From a virus (lineage: Duplodnaviria; Caudoviricetes): DNA of 54,831 nucleotides. The translations under genes and the position numbers were made by a program. The notes below the pieces were generated by a model. The model saw only the letters and a program-made list of their open reading frames with translations, made no database searches and was not told where the DNA came from. The stretch's first letter is position 1, and every line of letters begins with the position of its first letter. The stretch lies in IMG/VR virus record IMGVR_UViG_3300043394_000753, positions 1-54,831 of that record; one strand, 5' to 3'. Of the stretch, positions 1 through 9,972 are shown piece after piece.

Positions 1-652
1 CATTGTAAAATGAAGCCGCACCTTCTTTAAAATTAACGCTGATTGCCGCTGTTGGAAATTGTTTATCATTTACATGCGTTGCCAAATATTTTCCAATCGG
101 TGCATTTATTCCAATATCGAATGTTTTGATAATGGTTGCTTTACTTAATAATTCAATGATTCTTTGATTTTGACCAATAGTATCGTTAGAGTATTGTGAT
201 GTGTAATCAACATCGTCAACTCTATAAATTATAAATTTAGAAGGTAATTTCTTTTCAATCCATAATGGAGCAAATATTTTATATTGCTCATCATACAACT
301 TTGTAATATTATGAGATGCTCCGTATTGGTATTGGTCTTCATATTGACTAGAATAGTCAGAGTATAGCGTAACATCAGAGTCTGTTCTTAAGACTTGATA
401 TTTCTCACTGTTTGGCAATTTTTTAAAAAACAAAGCAACGTCAGATGAATATACTCCATCTGGCTTTATGTCGAATTTTTGATATTCTACCTTTGCAAGC
501 TCTTTGTTTGCGTTAAAAGCACTTAAAAATAAATTAGAATTTGAGTCAACAATTACTTTAATATTACTTGTTAACTTGGGGTTGGTACGCAACAATGCAA
601 ATGATTTATTATCATCAACATTACGCACAACACTTGTATTAATTATAGCCAT
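1..652 (-). CDS. virion structural protein, 5' part (runs off the window edge)
   Basis: Not in the ORF track. ATG at 652 opens a frame reading MAIINTSVVRNVDDNKSFALLRTNPKLTSNIKVIVDS..., open to the window edge. Late-type motif upstream; continues the structural gene block. Confidence 0.75.
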   Translation of the reverse strand, partial: MAIINTSVVRNVDDNKSFALLRTNPKLTSNIKVIVDSNSNLFLSAFNANKELAKVEYQKFDIKPDGVYSSDVALFFKKLPNSEKYQVLRTDSDVTLYSDYSSQYEDQYQYGASHNITKLYDEQYKIFAPLWIEKKLPSKFIIYRVDDVDYTSQYSNDTIGQNQRIIELLSKATIIKTFDIGINAPIGKYLATHVNDKQFPTAAISVNFKEGAASFYN

Positions 653-654
653 GA

Positions 655-719
655 AAATCGCCTCTTTTTATTTATATTATATATCCCAGGAATTAAGGGC
701 TAATAAAAAGAGGCGATTT
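655..719 (-). promoter_or_regulatory. 18-bp perfect inverted repeat with a late-type promoter motif in its loop
   Basis: Arms aaatcgcctctttttatt (655-672) and aataaaaagaggcgattt (702-719). GATATATAAT (676-685, minus) lies in the loop, and one arm ends 2 nt before the ATG at 652. Confidence 0.75.
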
Positions 720-722
720 ATA

Positions 723-3700
723 TTAATATGCGTTAATTTCAGTATATGAATAGTCGATTCTATCTTCTGCTAGATATAATCTTCTTCCACCACCTCCGCC
801 ACCGCCTGAGGATTGGAAATTTGTATTGTAATTAGACAACATCGAACTTGTAATATTGTTTATATTCTTTCCTTGTGGAGAATACTTTGCATATACTTCA
901 ATATCAAATTTAAATTCTTTTTTAGCAAAGTCGAGTATGTCTAATCCTATTTTTTTAGAATATGTTAAATTAGTTAAAGTATTGTCAATAATACCACCAA
1001 CGCGGCCAGTACCTGCGGCGCCTTCTCCAAAGTAATCTGTCATTCTATATTGAAAAACAAGGTCAACTGTTATTGCATTTGCATTTCCACCTACAATTAC
1101 TTTTTTACCATTTTTATTAGGAGCATCAACTACCAATGAATCAACATTCAATGGTGACAAATATAGGAAAGATCCACAAGATCTACCACCTAATAAGAAT
1201 TGGTCTTCTGGATTAAATCCATTTTTAATAGTAGCACGTAATCCTTGGCTTCCCTGTTTATTTAATGTTTTAATAATTCTAAGCGGTGTTTGTTTTTTAC
1301 CGTGTATATCATCTGCTCTTCTAGGTGCTGTTTTTGGCATGCCAACTAATCCATTTCCTGCTAATTCAAGAATTGCGGCACCTGGTACAAGTGACGAATA
1401 TCCCGGCAATAGAGGATGGTCAACATGCATGAATATTCCATTTGAATATTCAGCATAAGAAACAGTACTACCAAGTCCAGTTTTATTTGGAGCTAAATTC
1501 GTATATGAACCTGCCCATATAAAATTTCCTGGAGTGTTTTCAGTAGTTAATGGTGTTCCAGTTGCATTTGTAAAATTTCTAGAACCATCTGAATTATATG
1601 TGATTCCACTTATTGCAAAATTTAATCCATATTCATACTTATCGTAACCATTAACTGATGCGACGTCAATATCACCATCTGCTACATTATTGCTATTTTT
1701 CTCATCGATGATATAAAGATTATCGTCGTTTGCTAAATTTTTAAACCTAGAATATATGAATTGTCCTCTTAATTGAGTAGATTGTTCAGGTCCGCTATTG
1801 AAATAATCAGTATCTAAATTTGCAACGTTATCAATGTTTTGATAAACAACTGGAACTAAATCATATCTTCCTTCATTTCTGTAAAATGAATCATTAATAT
1901 ATTCCGGTGAAATAGTACCAGCTCCTAATCCAAATTTTGTATCTATTGTTGAAACGTGAGCCGGCGTTCTTGTATCTCCAAGAATTCTAGCAATTAATTC
2001 AAGGTCAGTTGCTTTAGTATTTGAAAGTTCAACCTTAAAGTTTTTAGTAACAATATATCCCTTTCCTCCAGTACTTGGAATTTCATTAACATAATAACCT
2101 GCAAATAATTGAACAGTTGTGTTATTGGTAACCGGTGTAACGTTACCATCTTCATCAATGATTTTAATCATCAATTCACCAACAGTACCTTCAATTACTG
2201 CTCTTAATCTTAAAACTTCATTTTGAAGACTTAATAATTTATCATAAACCGATAATGGATTATTTTGTTCAGATAAAAATCCCGATGCAATTGAACTTGC
2301 ATTATGCGCATATGTTGATTCTCCTGCAATAAATGTTTCTGCAACGTGAGAAAATACACCAGCAGTTTCAAGGTCTTGTTGAATTTGAACACGTACTGCG
2401 TCTAATTCATTTGCCTTAACAACACTATCTATAGCGTCAGTATTTACTTCACCTTGTGGAAATTCTATTCTTTGAATTTCTGACCATTCAGATTCAATTG
2501 GGTTTGCCGGAAATCCTGCTTCAGAAATAGATTTAACCATTATTTCAACAATTTCTCCCGGATTAATAGCAACATCTAATGAATTGAAATTAATTGCGTT
2601 TGCATCTTCTTCACTCTCTAGAACCCATGAATATTTGCCATTTTCTCCTAACTGTCTTTTTCTAACTGGTCCTAAAACTTCAACCCAATTTGAAAAGGCT
2701 GCAGTTTTTTCAGTTTGATTAACACTATCCGTAAATTTTATTTGGTCAACTTCAGAAGTTTTACCTGATGTTGAAACGTATCTATGTCTTATTTTAAATT
2801 GTACAACTTCTTGAGAAACTTGGTTTCCAATTTTCTTAGGTTCGGGCACAGACCAAAATCCGCGCACTCTAAACTTAGGTGCAACAGTTTGTAAATCTGC
2901 ACTTTCGGCAGAAGATTTAATATCTGTAATAATCGAAGAAAATAGTTTTGAACTTGATTCTCTCTGATTAATTAAAGAATTTAACTCATTATTTTGAGTA
3001 TCTTTTTCAGCAGAAGATTTAAATTTCTTAGTGTTGATTAAAGATTTCTTTTGTTTAATCGCCTCATCTAACTTTTTAATCTCTTGCTCTACTGAAGTTT
3101 TATCAGATTTTAACTGCTTAATTTTATCAGTAGTTGTATTATTGGTTAAGTGTTTATTAATTTGAACAACTTTAAAATTTGTTGTATCAATCACAGGAGA
3201 GTCTGGTTTAATACCGACTGCAGCTGGTGGAATATAATCAACCTTTAGTGATTTAATAAATTGTCCAAAATCAGAAACTTCATCTCTATAGTATTCTGAC
3301 AATGTCATTTTATTTCCAACAGCTGTTAAAATTTCTAATTCATTAGAATAAAATGCAACACCAGGAGAATAATTTTCAGCTGGTATTTTTGAATTTGGAT
3401 CGATTGGTTTTATAAAAACAACCTGTCTTTCATTGAAACCTATTTTAATTTCAACATCTAAATTAGTGTCTACATCTTTATAAATTCCAAGTTGATTAAC
3501 ACCAATTTTTATTACTTCAGAACCTTCCATTAATAGAAGTTCAAGTTGTGAAGTTGAATTATCGATAGAAACGATTTGATATCTTGTTCTATAATTACCA
3601 GAGTTAACAATTAAAGAATCACTTACCTTTAACGTCTCTGTATCTTTTAGTGTTTTTTCAGAATCAGTATATGATAATTTGTTAACAGTATATAATTTAA

Positions 3701-4409
3701 CGGTTTTTGTTTGAGAAACACCATCTACTACTTGTGATTTTTCAACATTATCGATTTTAGTAACATCAAACGTACCATTATATTGTATTAATCTCATTGG
3801 CATATCTAATACCTCTGCATCAATATAATATTTGTATGAATTATCATTTAACTCTGTTTTAAATGCTGCATAGTCAATTTCACTGCCTCCTTTATAAATT
3901 TCATCAAATGCTGTAAGTGTTGCAGCATCTTCTGAATTAAATACAAATCTTTCAACATAAACCTTTTCTGTTTCAACTGGAATTTGACCAGTAACATCAA
4001 GATTAATTGTTAATAGAGGATTTAAAAAGTCTTCAAAAAATTCATTTAATTTTGTTCCAAACATAGTTGGAGAAGCAAGAGAAGTTATAGACTTTGAAGG
4101 TCCTTTTAATCGTGCAGTATGTATTGTTCTATATGAACCATCCTTTAATCTAACATTTGCGTCAGATCCTTCAAGACCACTAATAGAATTAATATTATTG
4201 TTTAGCCTTTCAATTTCTCTTTTCAAATATCCAAACGCTGGAATTTGAATAGTTTCCATTTGATTGGTATTACTATTAAACAAGTCAATAACCACTGTTT
4301 CTTTGTTAGTGGTTATTGCTTCATTAATTCTATTGAATGTTTCTAGCGCGTTAGTGTTTAACTCTAGAAACTGTTCAAGTAATTGTGATATTGAATTGCT
4401 AGCGCTCAT
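723..4409 (-). CDS. large putative virion structural protein (beta-rich, central coiled coil)
   Basis: 1228-aa ORF in the structural block; heptad-like segment near aa 425-495; no catalytic motif recognised. Confidence 0.6.
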   Translation of the reverse strand: MSASNSISQLLEQFLELNTNALETFNRINEAITTNKETVVIDLFNSNTNQMETIQIPAFGYLKREIERLNNNINSISGLEGSDANVRLKDGSYRTIHTARLKGPSKSITSLASPTMFGTKLNEFFEDFLNPLLTINLDVTGQIPVETEKVYVERFVFNSEDAATLTAFDEIYKGGSEIDYAAFKTELNDNSYKYYIDAEVLDMPMRLIQYNGTFDVTKIDNVEKSQVVDGVSQTKTVKLYTVNKLSYTDSEKTLKDTETLKVSDSLIVNSGNYRTRYQIVSIDNSTSQLELLLMEGSEVIKIGVNQLGIYKDVDTNLDVEIKIGFNERQVVFIKPIDPNSKIPAENYSPGVAFYSNELEILTAVGNKMTLSEYYRDEVSDFGQFIKSLKVDYIPPAAVGIKPDSPVIDTTNFKVVQINKHLTNNTTTDKIKQLKSDKTSVEQEIKKLDEAIKQKKSLINTKKFKSSAEKDTQNNELNSLINQRESSSKLFSSIITDIKSSAESADLQTVAPKFRVRGFWSVPEPKKIGNQVSQEVVQFKIRHRYVSTSGKTSEVDQIKFTDSVNQTEKTAAFSNWVEVLGPVRKRQLGENGKYSWVLESEEDANAINFNSLDVAINPGEIVEIMVKSISEAGFPANPIESEWSEIQRIEFPQGEVNTDAIDSVVKANELDAVRVQIQQDLETAGVFSHVAETFIAGESTYAHNASSIASGFLSEQNNPLSVYDKLLSLQNEVLRLRAVIEGTVGELMIKIIDEDGNVTPVTNNTTVQLFAGYYVNEIPSTGGKGYIVTKNFKVELSNTKATDLELIARILGDTRTPAHVSTIDTKFGLGAGTISPEYINDSFYRNEGRYDLVPVVYQNIDNVANLDTDYFNSGPEQSTQLRGQFIYSRFKNLANDDNLYIIDEKNSNNVADGDIDVASVNGYDKYEYGLNFAISGITYNSDGSRNFTNATGTPLTTENTPGNFIWAGSYTNLAPNKTGLGSTVSYAEYSNGIFMHVDHPLLPGYSSLVPGAAILELAGNGLVGMPKTAPRRADDIHGKKQTPLRIIKTLNKQGSQGLRATIKNGFNPEDQFLLGGRSCGSFLYLSPLNVDSLVVDAPNKNGKKVIVGGNANAITVDLVFQYRMTDYFGEGAAGTGRVGGIIDNTLTNLTYSKKIGLDILDFAKKEFKFDIEVYAKYSPQGKNINNITSSMLSNYNTNFQSSGGGGGGGRRLYLAEDRIDYSYTEINAY

Positions 4410-4410
4410 A

Positions 4411-6342
4411 TTATCTTATAATTTCAAGTTCGAATGTCTTGTTTATTTGGTCTACACAGATTAATTCAACGTATGGTTTTTGGCTTAGTATGTTTGAAGT
4501 ATCTAGCACTGCTTTTAAAATCCAACCGTTTTGTTTATCAGTATATATGTTAATCTTGTTTGCTCCTAATGTAGGTAATGCTGTTTTAAATGAAAATTTG
4601 ATTATTTGTCCTTTTTTCCAATCATTAATACTATCATCTAAGTATATATTCAAATCTCCAGTAGGTGCACTTGTATTTGTGTAAATTCTTACCATATTTT
4701 CATATTGGCGTACTCTTGTTAATATTCCAGTAGAAGCAGATACTGACATATTAAATGGATTAACTACGTTAATTGGATTTCCAGTTGTACCTGATATAAA
4801 GTCATATTCAAATATATCATTTAATGTATATCCATAATTATTATTAACTAATGCAATATGATTTGGATTTGATTTATCGATAATCATACCATCTCCAGCA
4901 ACCAACACATCTGTATTATATTGAATTTCACTAGGTATTTGTCCACTGATTACCTGATTTAATCTGGTATTGACAGAGGTAATCATATCTAAAATAGATG
5001 TAGAATTAGCATAATTTAATGCCGCGTCTTCAAGAGATCTCTCAAGGTCTTGTACTCTAGCAGATAAATCACGAGTTGTATTAGATGTCATTAATAAATC
5101 CTCAACAGAAGCTAATCTATCAACAATACTTGCGTATCTTGCGTTAGCTTGAACCATTAAACGTGCTGCATTTTCAAGAGCAGTTGTTGTGTCCAAGAAA
5201 ATATCCATTGAAAACGTAGAGTAGTCATTAATATTTGCTTCTACACCAACGTTATCCAATGATGAATTAAATTTAACATTTAATTTCAATGCAAACGCAT
5301 TACCATTCAATCCCGTTACATCATTTGGTTTGTATTTTGTCAATTCTGGAATATACCATCCAGTTGTAGTAGGGTCATCTTTAAAATTATCTAAAATAAT
5401 TATACCATATAAATTAGTAGATCTGTTTGCAATATTAGATTTTGAATATAAATCATAATAAACCAAGATTGCATTAAATCTAAAGTCTCCACCTCTTTTA
5501 GAATATTCTAAGAGGTTATTTAATGTTGGATCGGTTGCTATTTTAGCATACAATGCTGGATTCCATTCTATACCATAATTGTATGCAGTTGCTGGGTCTA
5601 AATCAATAGTACCGTTTACATTATCAGCAAGCGAATCTAATGTTATATTAAAGTCAGGATGTGTTTGTCCTGCTCTACCATTTATTTCAGTACCTGGTAA
5701 ATATGACGTGGCTGTTGTATTATAGTTTGAAGATTTAAATAAAATCTCAGGTGTAAATCCAACTGATGAAGGAACGTTAACGAAAATTTCATTATATGTA
5801 TTTCCTTTATAGTTTTTATCATTTGAAACATCAATGTTTCCTATATATTTTACTACTCTATTATAATTATCTCCAGTGTTAGTAGTGTCTTCTTTTTCAA
5901 TAGCCCTAGAATATCCAGAAACTACCTGTTGTGTGTTTGCACCTTTAACTTCAAATGCACCTGTATGGTGTAACCATTTAAAAAAGATTTTCTCGGCATC
6001 CGATGAGTATATTGTAGGATCGAAATCATCATCAGTTAAAATGAAATTTTCAAAATTTAATGCATAGTTTTGTAGTGTTTCTGCAAAGCTAACATTTGCA
6101 TCTGCATTTGGAATATATGAAGATGCAGGTGAACCTCCTCCTTCAAATAAATTTTCGAATTGGATATAATTTTCACCATTTGAAGGGCTAGCAACTACCG
6201 GAATATCTAAAAGAGCAAATTTTGAGTATTCAAAATTAATGTCTGGATTATAATACGCTCTTGTTAAATCCCTTGCTGCACTTGAAAATGCATACATAGT
6301 TCCTCCCTGTTCCTGGGGTATTCTTATTAACGGTGTTGCCAT
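4411..6342 (-). CDS. putative virion structural protein
   Basis: 643-aa ORF, N/T/S-rich, with a coiled-coil segment near aa 385-465; tightly packed with neighbours. Confidence 0.6.
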   Translation of the reverse strand: MATPLIRIPQEQGGTMYAFSSAARDLTRAYYNPDINFEYSKFALLDIPVVASPSNGENYIQFENLFEGGGSPASSYIPNADANVSFAETLQNYALNFENFILTDDDFDPTIYSSDAEKIFFKWLHHTGAFEVKGANTQQVVSGYSRAIEKEDTTNTGDNYNRVVKYIGNIDVSNDKNYKGNTYNEIFVNVPSSVGFTPEILFKSSNYNTTATSYLPGTEINGRAGQTHPDFNITLDSLADNVNGTIDLDPATAYNYGIEWNPALYAKIATDPTLNNLLEYSKRGGDFRFNAILVYYDLYSKSNIANRSTNLYGIIILDNFKDDPTTTGWYIPELTKYKPNDVTGLNGNAFALKLNVKFNSSLDNVGVEANINDYSTFSMDIFLDTTTALENAARLMVQANARYASIVDRLASVEDLLMTSNTTRDLSARVQDLERSLEDAALNYANSTSILDMITSVNTRLNQVISGQIPSEIQYNTDVLVAGDGMIIDKSNPNHIALVNNNYGYTLNDIFEYDFISGTTGNPINVVNPFNMSVSASTGILTRVRQYENMVRIYTNTSAPTGDLNIYLDDSINDWKKGQIIKFSFKTALPTLGANKINIYTDKQNGWILKAVLDTSNILSQKPYVELICVDQINKTFELEIIR

Positions 6343-6364
6343 TGATGGTGTTTTTTATGTTTTA

Positions 6365-6934
6365 TTAATATTCTACAGCAGCATTCATTGCCGAAATTAC
6401 ATAAAATTCTGAAGTTGTTTCAGAATATCTCAATGTAACTGATCCTCCTGCATTAATTATTACTCCAGTTGCTCCTGCAAAATTAGAAGTATTTAATGTA
6501 ATAGCTCCTCCTTCTGCAATTAATACAATTTCTTGTCCGTTTTCAGCTGCTGGTAATAAAATTGGAGCTGAAAATGCAGGTGTAGTTGCATCTAAAATAT
6601 ATGTTGAAGCAGTATATCCTCCAGTTGGAATAATCGATACTGCATCTTCTATTTTAAGAATTAATGCATTGTTAAATTGTACTGCCTGATTAAATGTTGC
6701 TTCAACATTTGCAACGATAGCAGTTAGAGATACATTAAATGTATCAATAGTACCATTGTTTACTCTTAATGTACCACCTTTAACCTCTCCAGTTAAAGAT
6801 AAAGTTTGAGTTGCTGTATTTAACAATGCTGCTATTGAACCAAGTTCGCTATTTAATGCCGCAAAATTGTTGTTAATTACAATTCTTGAAGAAGAAACAC
6901 TATCTGTTCCTAAGATTGTTGTTATACTTGCCAT
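6365..6934 (-). CDS. putative virion structural/fibre-associated protein
   Basis: 189-aa A/T/S/G-rich, beta-strand-like ORF; N-terminal SRIVINNNFAAL motif of the kind seen in phage fibre/baseplate proteins. Confidence 0.55.
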   Translation of the reverse strand: MASITTILGTDSVSSSRIVINNNFAALNSELGSIAALLNTATQTLSLTGEVKGGTLRVNNGTIDTFNVSLTAIVANVEATFNQAVQFNNALILKIEDAVSIIPTGGYTASTYILDATTPAFSAPILLPAAENGQEIVLIAEGGAITLNTSNFAGATGVIINAGGSVTLRYSETTSEFYVISAMNAAVEY

Positions 6935-9700
6935 TTAAATGATTTTTAATATATTTTTATTTATTTTGTTTTTATTTCCATTAACATCCGTTAATTCAAG
7001 TTCAATTGTATAATCTCCCTTATGTTTAAATAGGTATGTTAACCACGTATTACTATAATATATATCATCTATATTTTGGCTATTATTTTTTAGCCTCCAG
7101 TTTTGCGAAACTATACCTGGCATTTTAGTTATGTCATACGAAAATGTAACATGGTTTAACATGTTAACTCCAATATGAGTATCAATAACACATAAATCAT
7201 TAAAGTTTGGATTATAACTCACAAAATGAACTTCAGATCCCGGTACAATTGTTCCACCTAAAGGATTATTAAATCCAACTTCAGAATAGTCATGTGTTCT
7301 TGAAGGTTCCTCGGCAACTACCAATATGTAATTACAAACATCTTCATTTCCATCATTATTTACATCAATTAAAATTGGATTAAAATTAAATTTAGCAAAT
7401 AAAGGATGTTCAATTTTATCTAAATTTCTTAGTTCTTCAACAATTAAATTCCACGCCGATAAATCATTATTATTAGTTGGATATGGACTGGTAATCTCAT
7501 ATGAATCAGTTACCTCAATATTTGTTACAGGGTCTACTTGTTTTATGAATAATTTATATCCGTTAACATAACCCTCACTATTTCTAAGATCTATTTTAAA
7601 TGATGAATTAATATCTGCACCAACTCTCATCATATTCCAGTTTACTTCTGAACCATCATTCCATTCATGCGTTCTAAGTTCTTTCCATTGGTATGGACCT
7701 GGAGTTTCATTATATCCAGTTGGTTGAGTATTATCTAAAAACCTTCTAACTGTTGAAAATTCAGCTCCATCATCTCCGTCATTTACGTAGTTTGCTCTAT
7801 CTAGCGTTAAATAATATGTTGCTATGATACTATCAACTGATGCCATGTTTTCTCTAGACCAATCCCAATCACTTCCTGCACTATCATAGATATATGCAGA
7901 TTGATTTAAATTTAATTTAGGAAGCATTCTTTGAAATATTCCATAAACTTCAACATTCTTGTTTTTAACTTCAAAATAGTTCTCTTCTCTCCAAGAACTT
8001 CTTACATTATATAAATCATAAATTGCAAGTTCTACAGAATACATTCCAGTATATGGTAAAACCACTGGAAATTGCTGATATTCCGGGTGAAATTCACCGC
8101 TATTATCAGTATATCCAACTCCACCCCTAAACGATTTTAAATATCCCTTTGGTCCAGTAATATTCCATTCCATTTCATAGATTCCCTGTTTCCACCAATT
8201 ATTCCATGTCAACATATGGTTTCCAGTATCGTTTGCATCCATAAATGAAAATTCAGCCGAATCCCATGAATCAATAAATGATTCTGCATTTAATATAACT
8301 GGACATCCGACAGGTATACCATCTAATGTATTAAATGTTGATTTTTCTTCATTATAATATCCATTATAAAAAGATTGAATGGATTCGGTAATTCCTTCTC
8401 TATCTGTGTTTGACAGCGCGTTAAAATCTTGCAAAATTCCAGTTAATCTATAATCAACCTTTCGTAAATCTTCAATAAATAACTGTTTTTCTTTTGGAAA
8501 TCTACTAAAATCAACATTCTGCCCAGCGGTTTGCACCTTTATTGTATGCTGATTGTTCCAAACGTTTTGATTAAATTGAGAAAAGTAATCCCCTTCCCCT
8601 GTAATATCTACGATTTTAGCCTGTAATGGTAAGAATTCTTTTTGTAGTTTATTCTTTAATCCATACAATTTAATTAATACCTCATCTGGAGAATAATCTA
8701 AAGATTCCTGTACTGTTGGAATATCCCATTCATCTACATTACCATCTGCCTCATTTAATCTATAAACAAGAGAAAATCTACTTGTCTTTTTTAAATTAGA
8801 ACTTGGTAATTCAGTTTCTTTATTTTTATCAGCTAAAAATCCAGTAACCTCCTGATTAGGAACTGCAATTGCCTTTAGCTTTCCAAAATTCTCAGATTGT
8901 TCATTGATATTTAACCAATATTCCTTTAAAGTTATTTTATTATATCCAAAAAAATCAATTGCATTTAATAATGCTTTATATGTTCCAATAAATGGTTTGA
9001 TTTGACTGGCCTGTAAAAGTAATTCCTTTCTTTTTTGATTCATTAGAATCCAGTTAGGAGATAACTCTTTAATGTCAGCATCTTTAAGTATTAAATAATC
9101 CTCTGGCTTTAGCGTCATTCCAATATTAGAAAGTAATACTGCTAATCTCTCATCTTCCTCTTCAGTTTCACCATATATTCTAATGGTTGCTATTATTGTT
9201 TCATTTCCATCTATATCAACTTCTATAATATCAAGAAGTCTTGTGTGGTAATTATCAACATGACTCATAAGTGCTATGTTACACTTCAGCGGAGTCATTG
9301 GAATATTTGAATTTATAATTTTAAATCCATCCTGATTTGTACCAGTACTTGAATTTGAATCAAGTAGGTCAAATATTACTTCATCCTTTTTTTGAATTTC
9401 AAGTCTACCGGCAACATTAGTAGCATCATACATAAATATGTCTTCACTATATTCATATCCGCTAAAAAATTTAAATTTAAACTTACTTCCACCTATCTTT
9501 TCAGAAACAGGCATTACAAACTTAGTATTTCCAAGATTTCCTTGTACTTCCTCTAAAATATAAATGGTAAGAGTTTCATATAGTCCAGTTGAAACCTTTG
9601 GCAAATAACAAATACCTTCCCATAATTCATTATCTGAATTATATAAAAGGTTAAGGTCGTTTGATTCACTATCAAAAAAACGTAGTTTATTATATGCCAT
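6935..9700 (-). CDS. putative baseplate wedge protein (gp7 / P2 gpI-like motif, PKD-like C-terminus)
   Basis: 921 aa; GTYKALLNAIDFFGY resembles the P2 gpI/gp7 wedge motif; TYLFKHKGDYTIELELTDVNGNK is PKD-like; lies just downstream of the gp6-like gene. Confidence 0.55.
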   Translation of the reverse strand: MAYNKLRFFDSESNDLNLLYNSDNELWEGICYLPKVSTGLYETLTIYILEEVQGNLGNTKFVMPVSEKIGGSKFKFKFFSGYEYSEDIFMYDATNVAGRLEIQKKDEVIFDLLDSNSSTGTNQDGFKIINSNIPMTPLKCNIALMSHVDNYHTRLLDIIEVDIDGNETIIATIRIYGETEEEDERLAVLLSNIGMTLKPEDYLILKDADIKELSPNWILMNQKRKELLLQASQIKPFIGTYKALLNAIDFFGYNKITLKEYWLNINEQSENFGKLKAIAVPNQEVTGFLADKNKETELPSSNLKKTSRFSLVYRLNEADGNVDEWDIPTVQESLDYSPDEVLIKLYGLKNKLQKEFLPLQAKIVDITGEGDYFSQFNQNVWNNQHTIKVQTAGQNVDFSRFPKEKQLFIEDLRKVDYRLTGILQDFNALSNTDREGITESIQSFYNGYYNEEKSTFNTLDGIPVGCPVILNAESFIDSWDSAEFSFMDANDTGNHMLTWNNWWKQGIYEMEWNITGPKGYLKSFRGGVGYTDNSGEFHPEYQQFPVVLPYTGMYSVELAIYDLYNVRSSWREENYFEVKNKNVEVYGIFQRMLPKLNLNQSAYIYDSAGSDWDWSRENMASVDSIIATYYLTLDRANYVNDGDDGAEFSTVRRFLDNTQPTGYNETPGPYQWKELRTHEWNDGSEVNWNMMRVGADINSSFKIDLRNSEGYVNGYKLFIKQVDPVTNIEVTDSYEITSPYPTNNNDLSAWNLIVEELRNLDKIEHPLFAKFNFNPILIDVNNDGNEDVCNYILVVAEEPSRTHDYSEVGFNNPLGGTIVPGSEVHFVSYNPNFNDLCVIDTHIGVNMLNHVTFSYDITKMPGIVSQNWRLKNNSQNIDDIYYSNTWLTYLFKHKGDYTIELELTDVNGNKNKINKNILKII

Positions 9701-9702
9701 TA

Positions 9703-9972
9703 TTATTTAACTTTTTTATCTCCTTTTTTAAGTGTAAAAGATTTATATGATTTTAAATATGTAACAGAGTCTACCCAGTCAGCAACGACGTGTTGAATCA
9801 TAATGATAAAATCGTTCATAGTATCATTTCTTTGTATATATTTTGAAATAGAATTTGACAAAATATTAACACGATAGTTATTTCCTACATGTTTTCTATC
9901 ATCCATCACAGATAACCTAGTGTCGTACGAATTTACTTTTCGTACTTTAAATAAATTACTTAATATATCCAT
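9703..9972 (-). CDS. hypothetical protein (baseplate operon)
   Basis: 89-aa ORF; start overlaps the stop of the gp6-like gene. Confidence 0.6.
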   Translation of the reverse strand: MDILSNLFKVRKVNSYDTRLSVMDDRKHVGNNYRVNILSNSISKYIQRNDTMNDFIIMIQHVVADWVDSVTYLKSYKSFTLKKGDKKVK

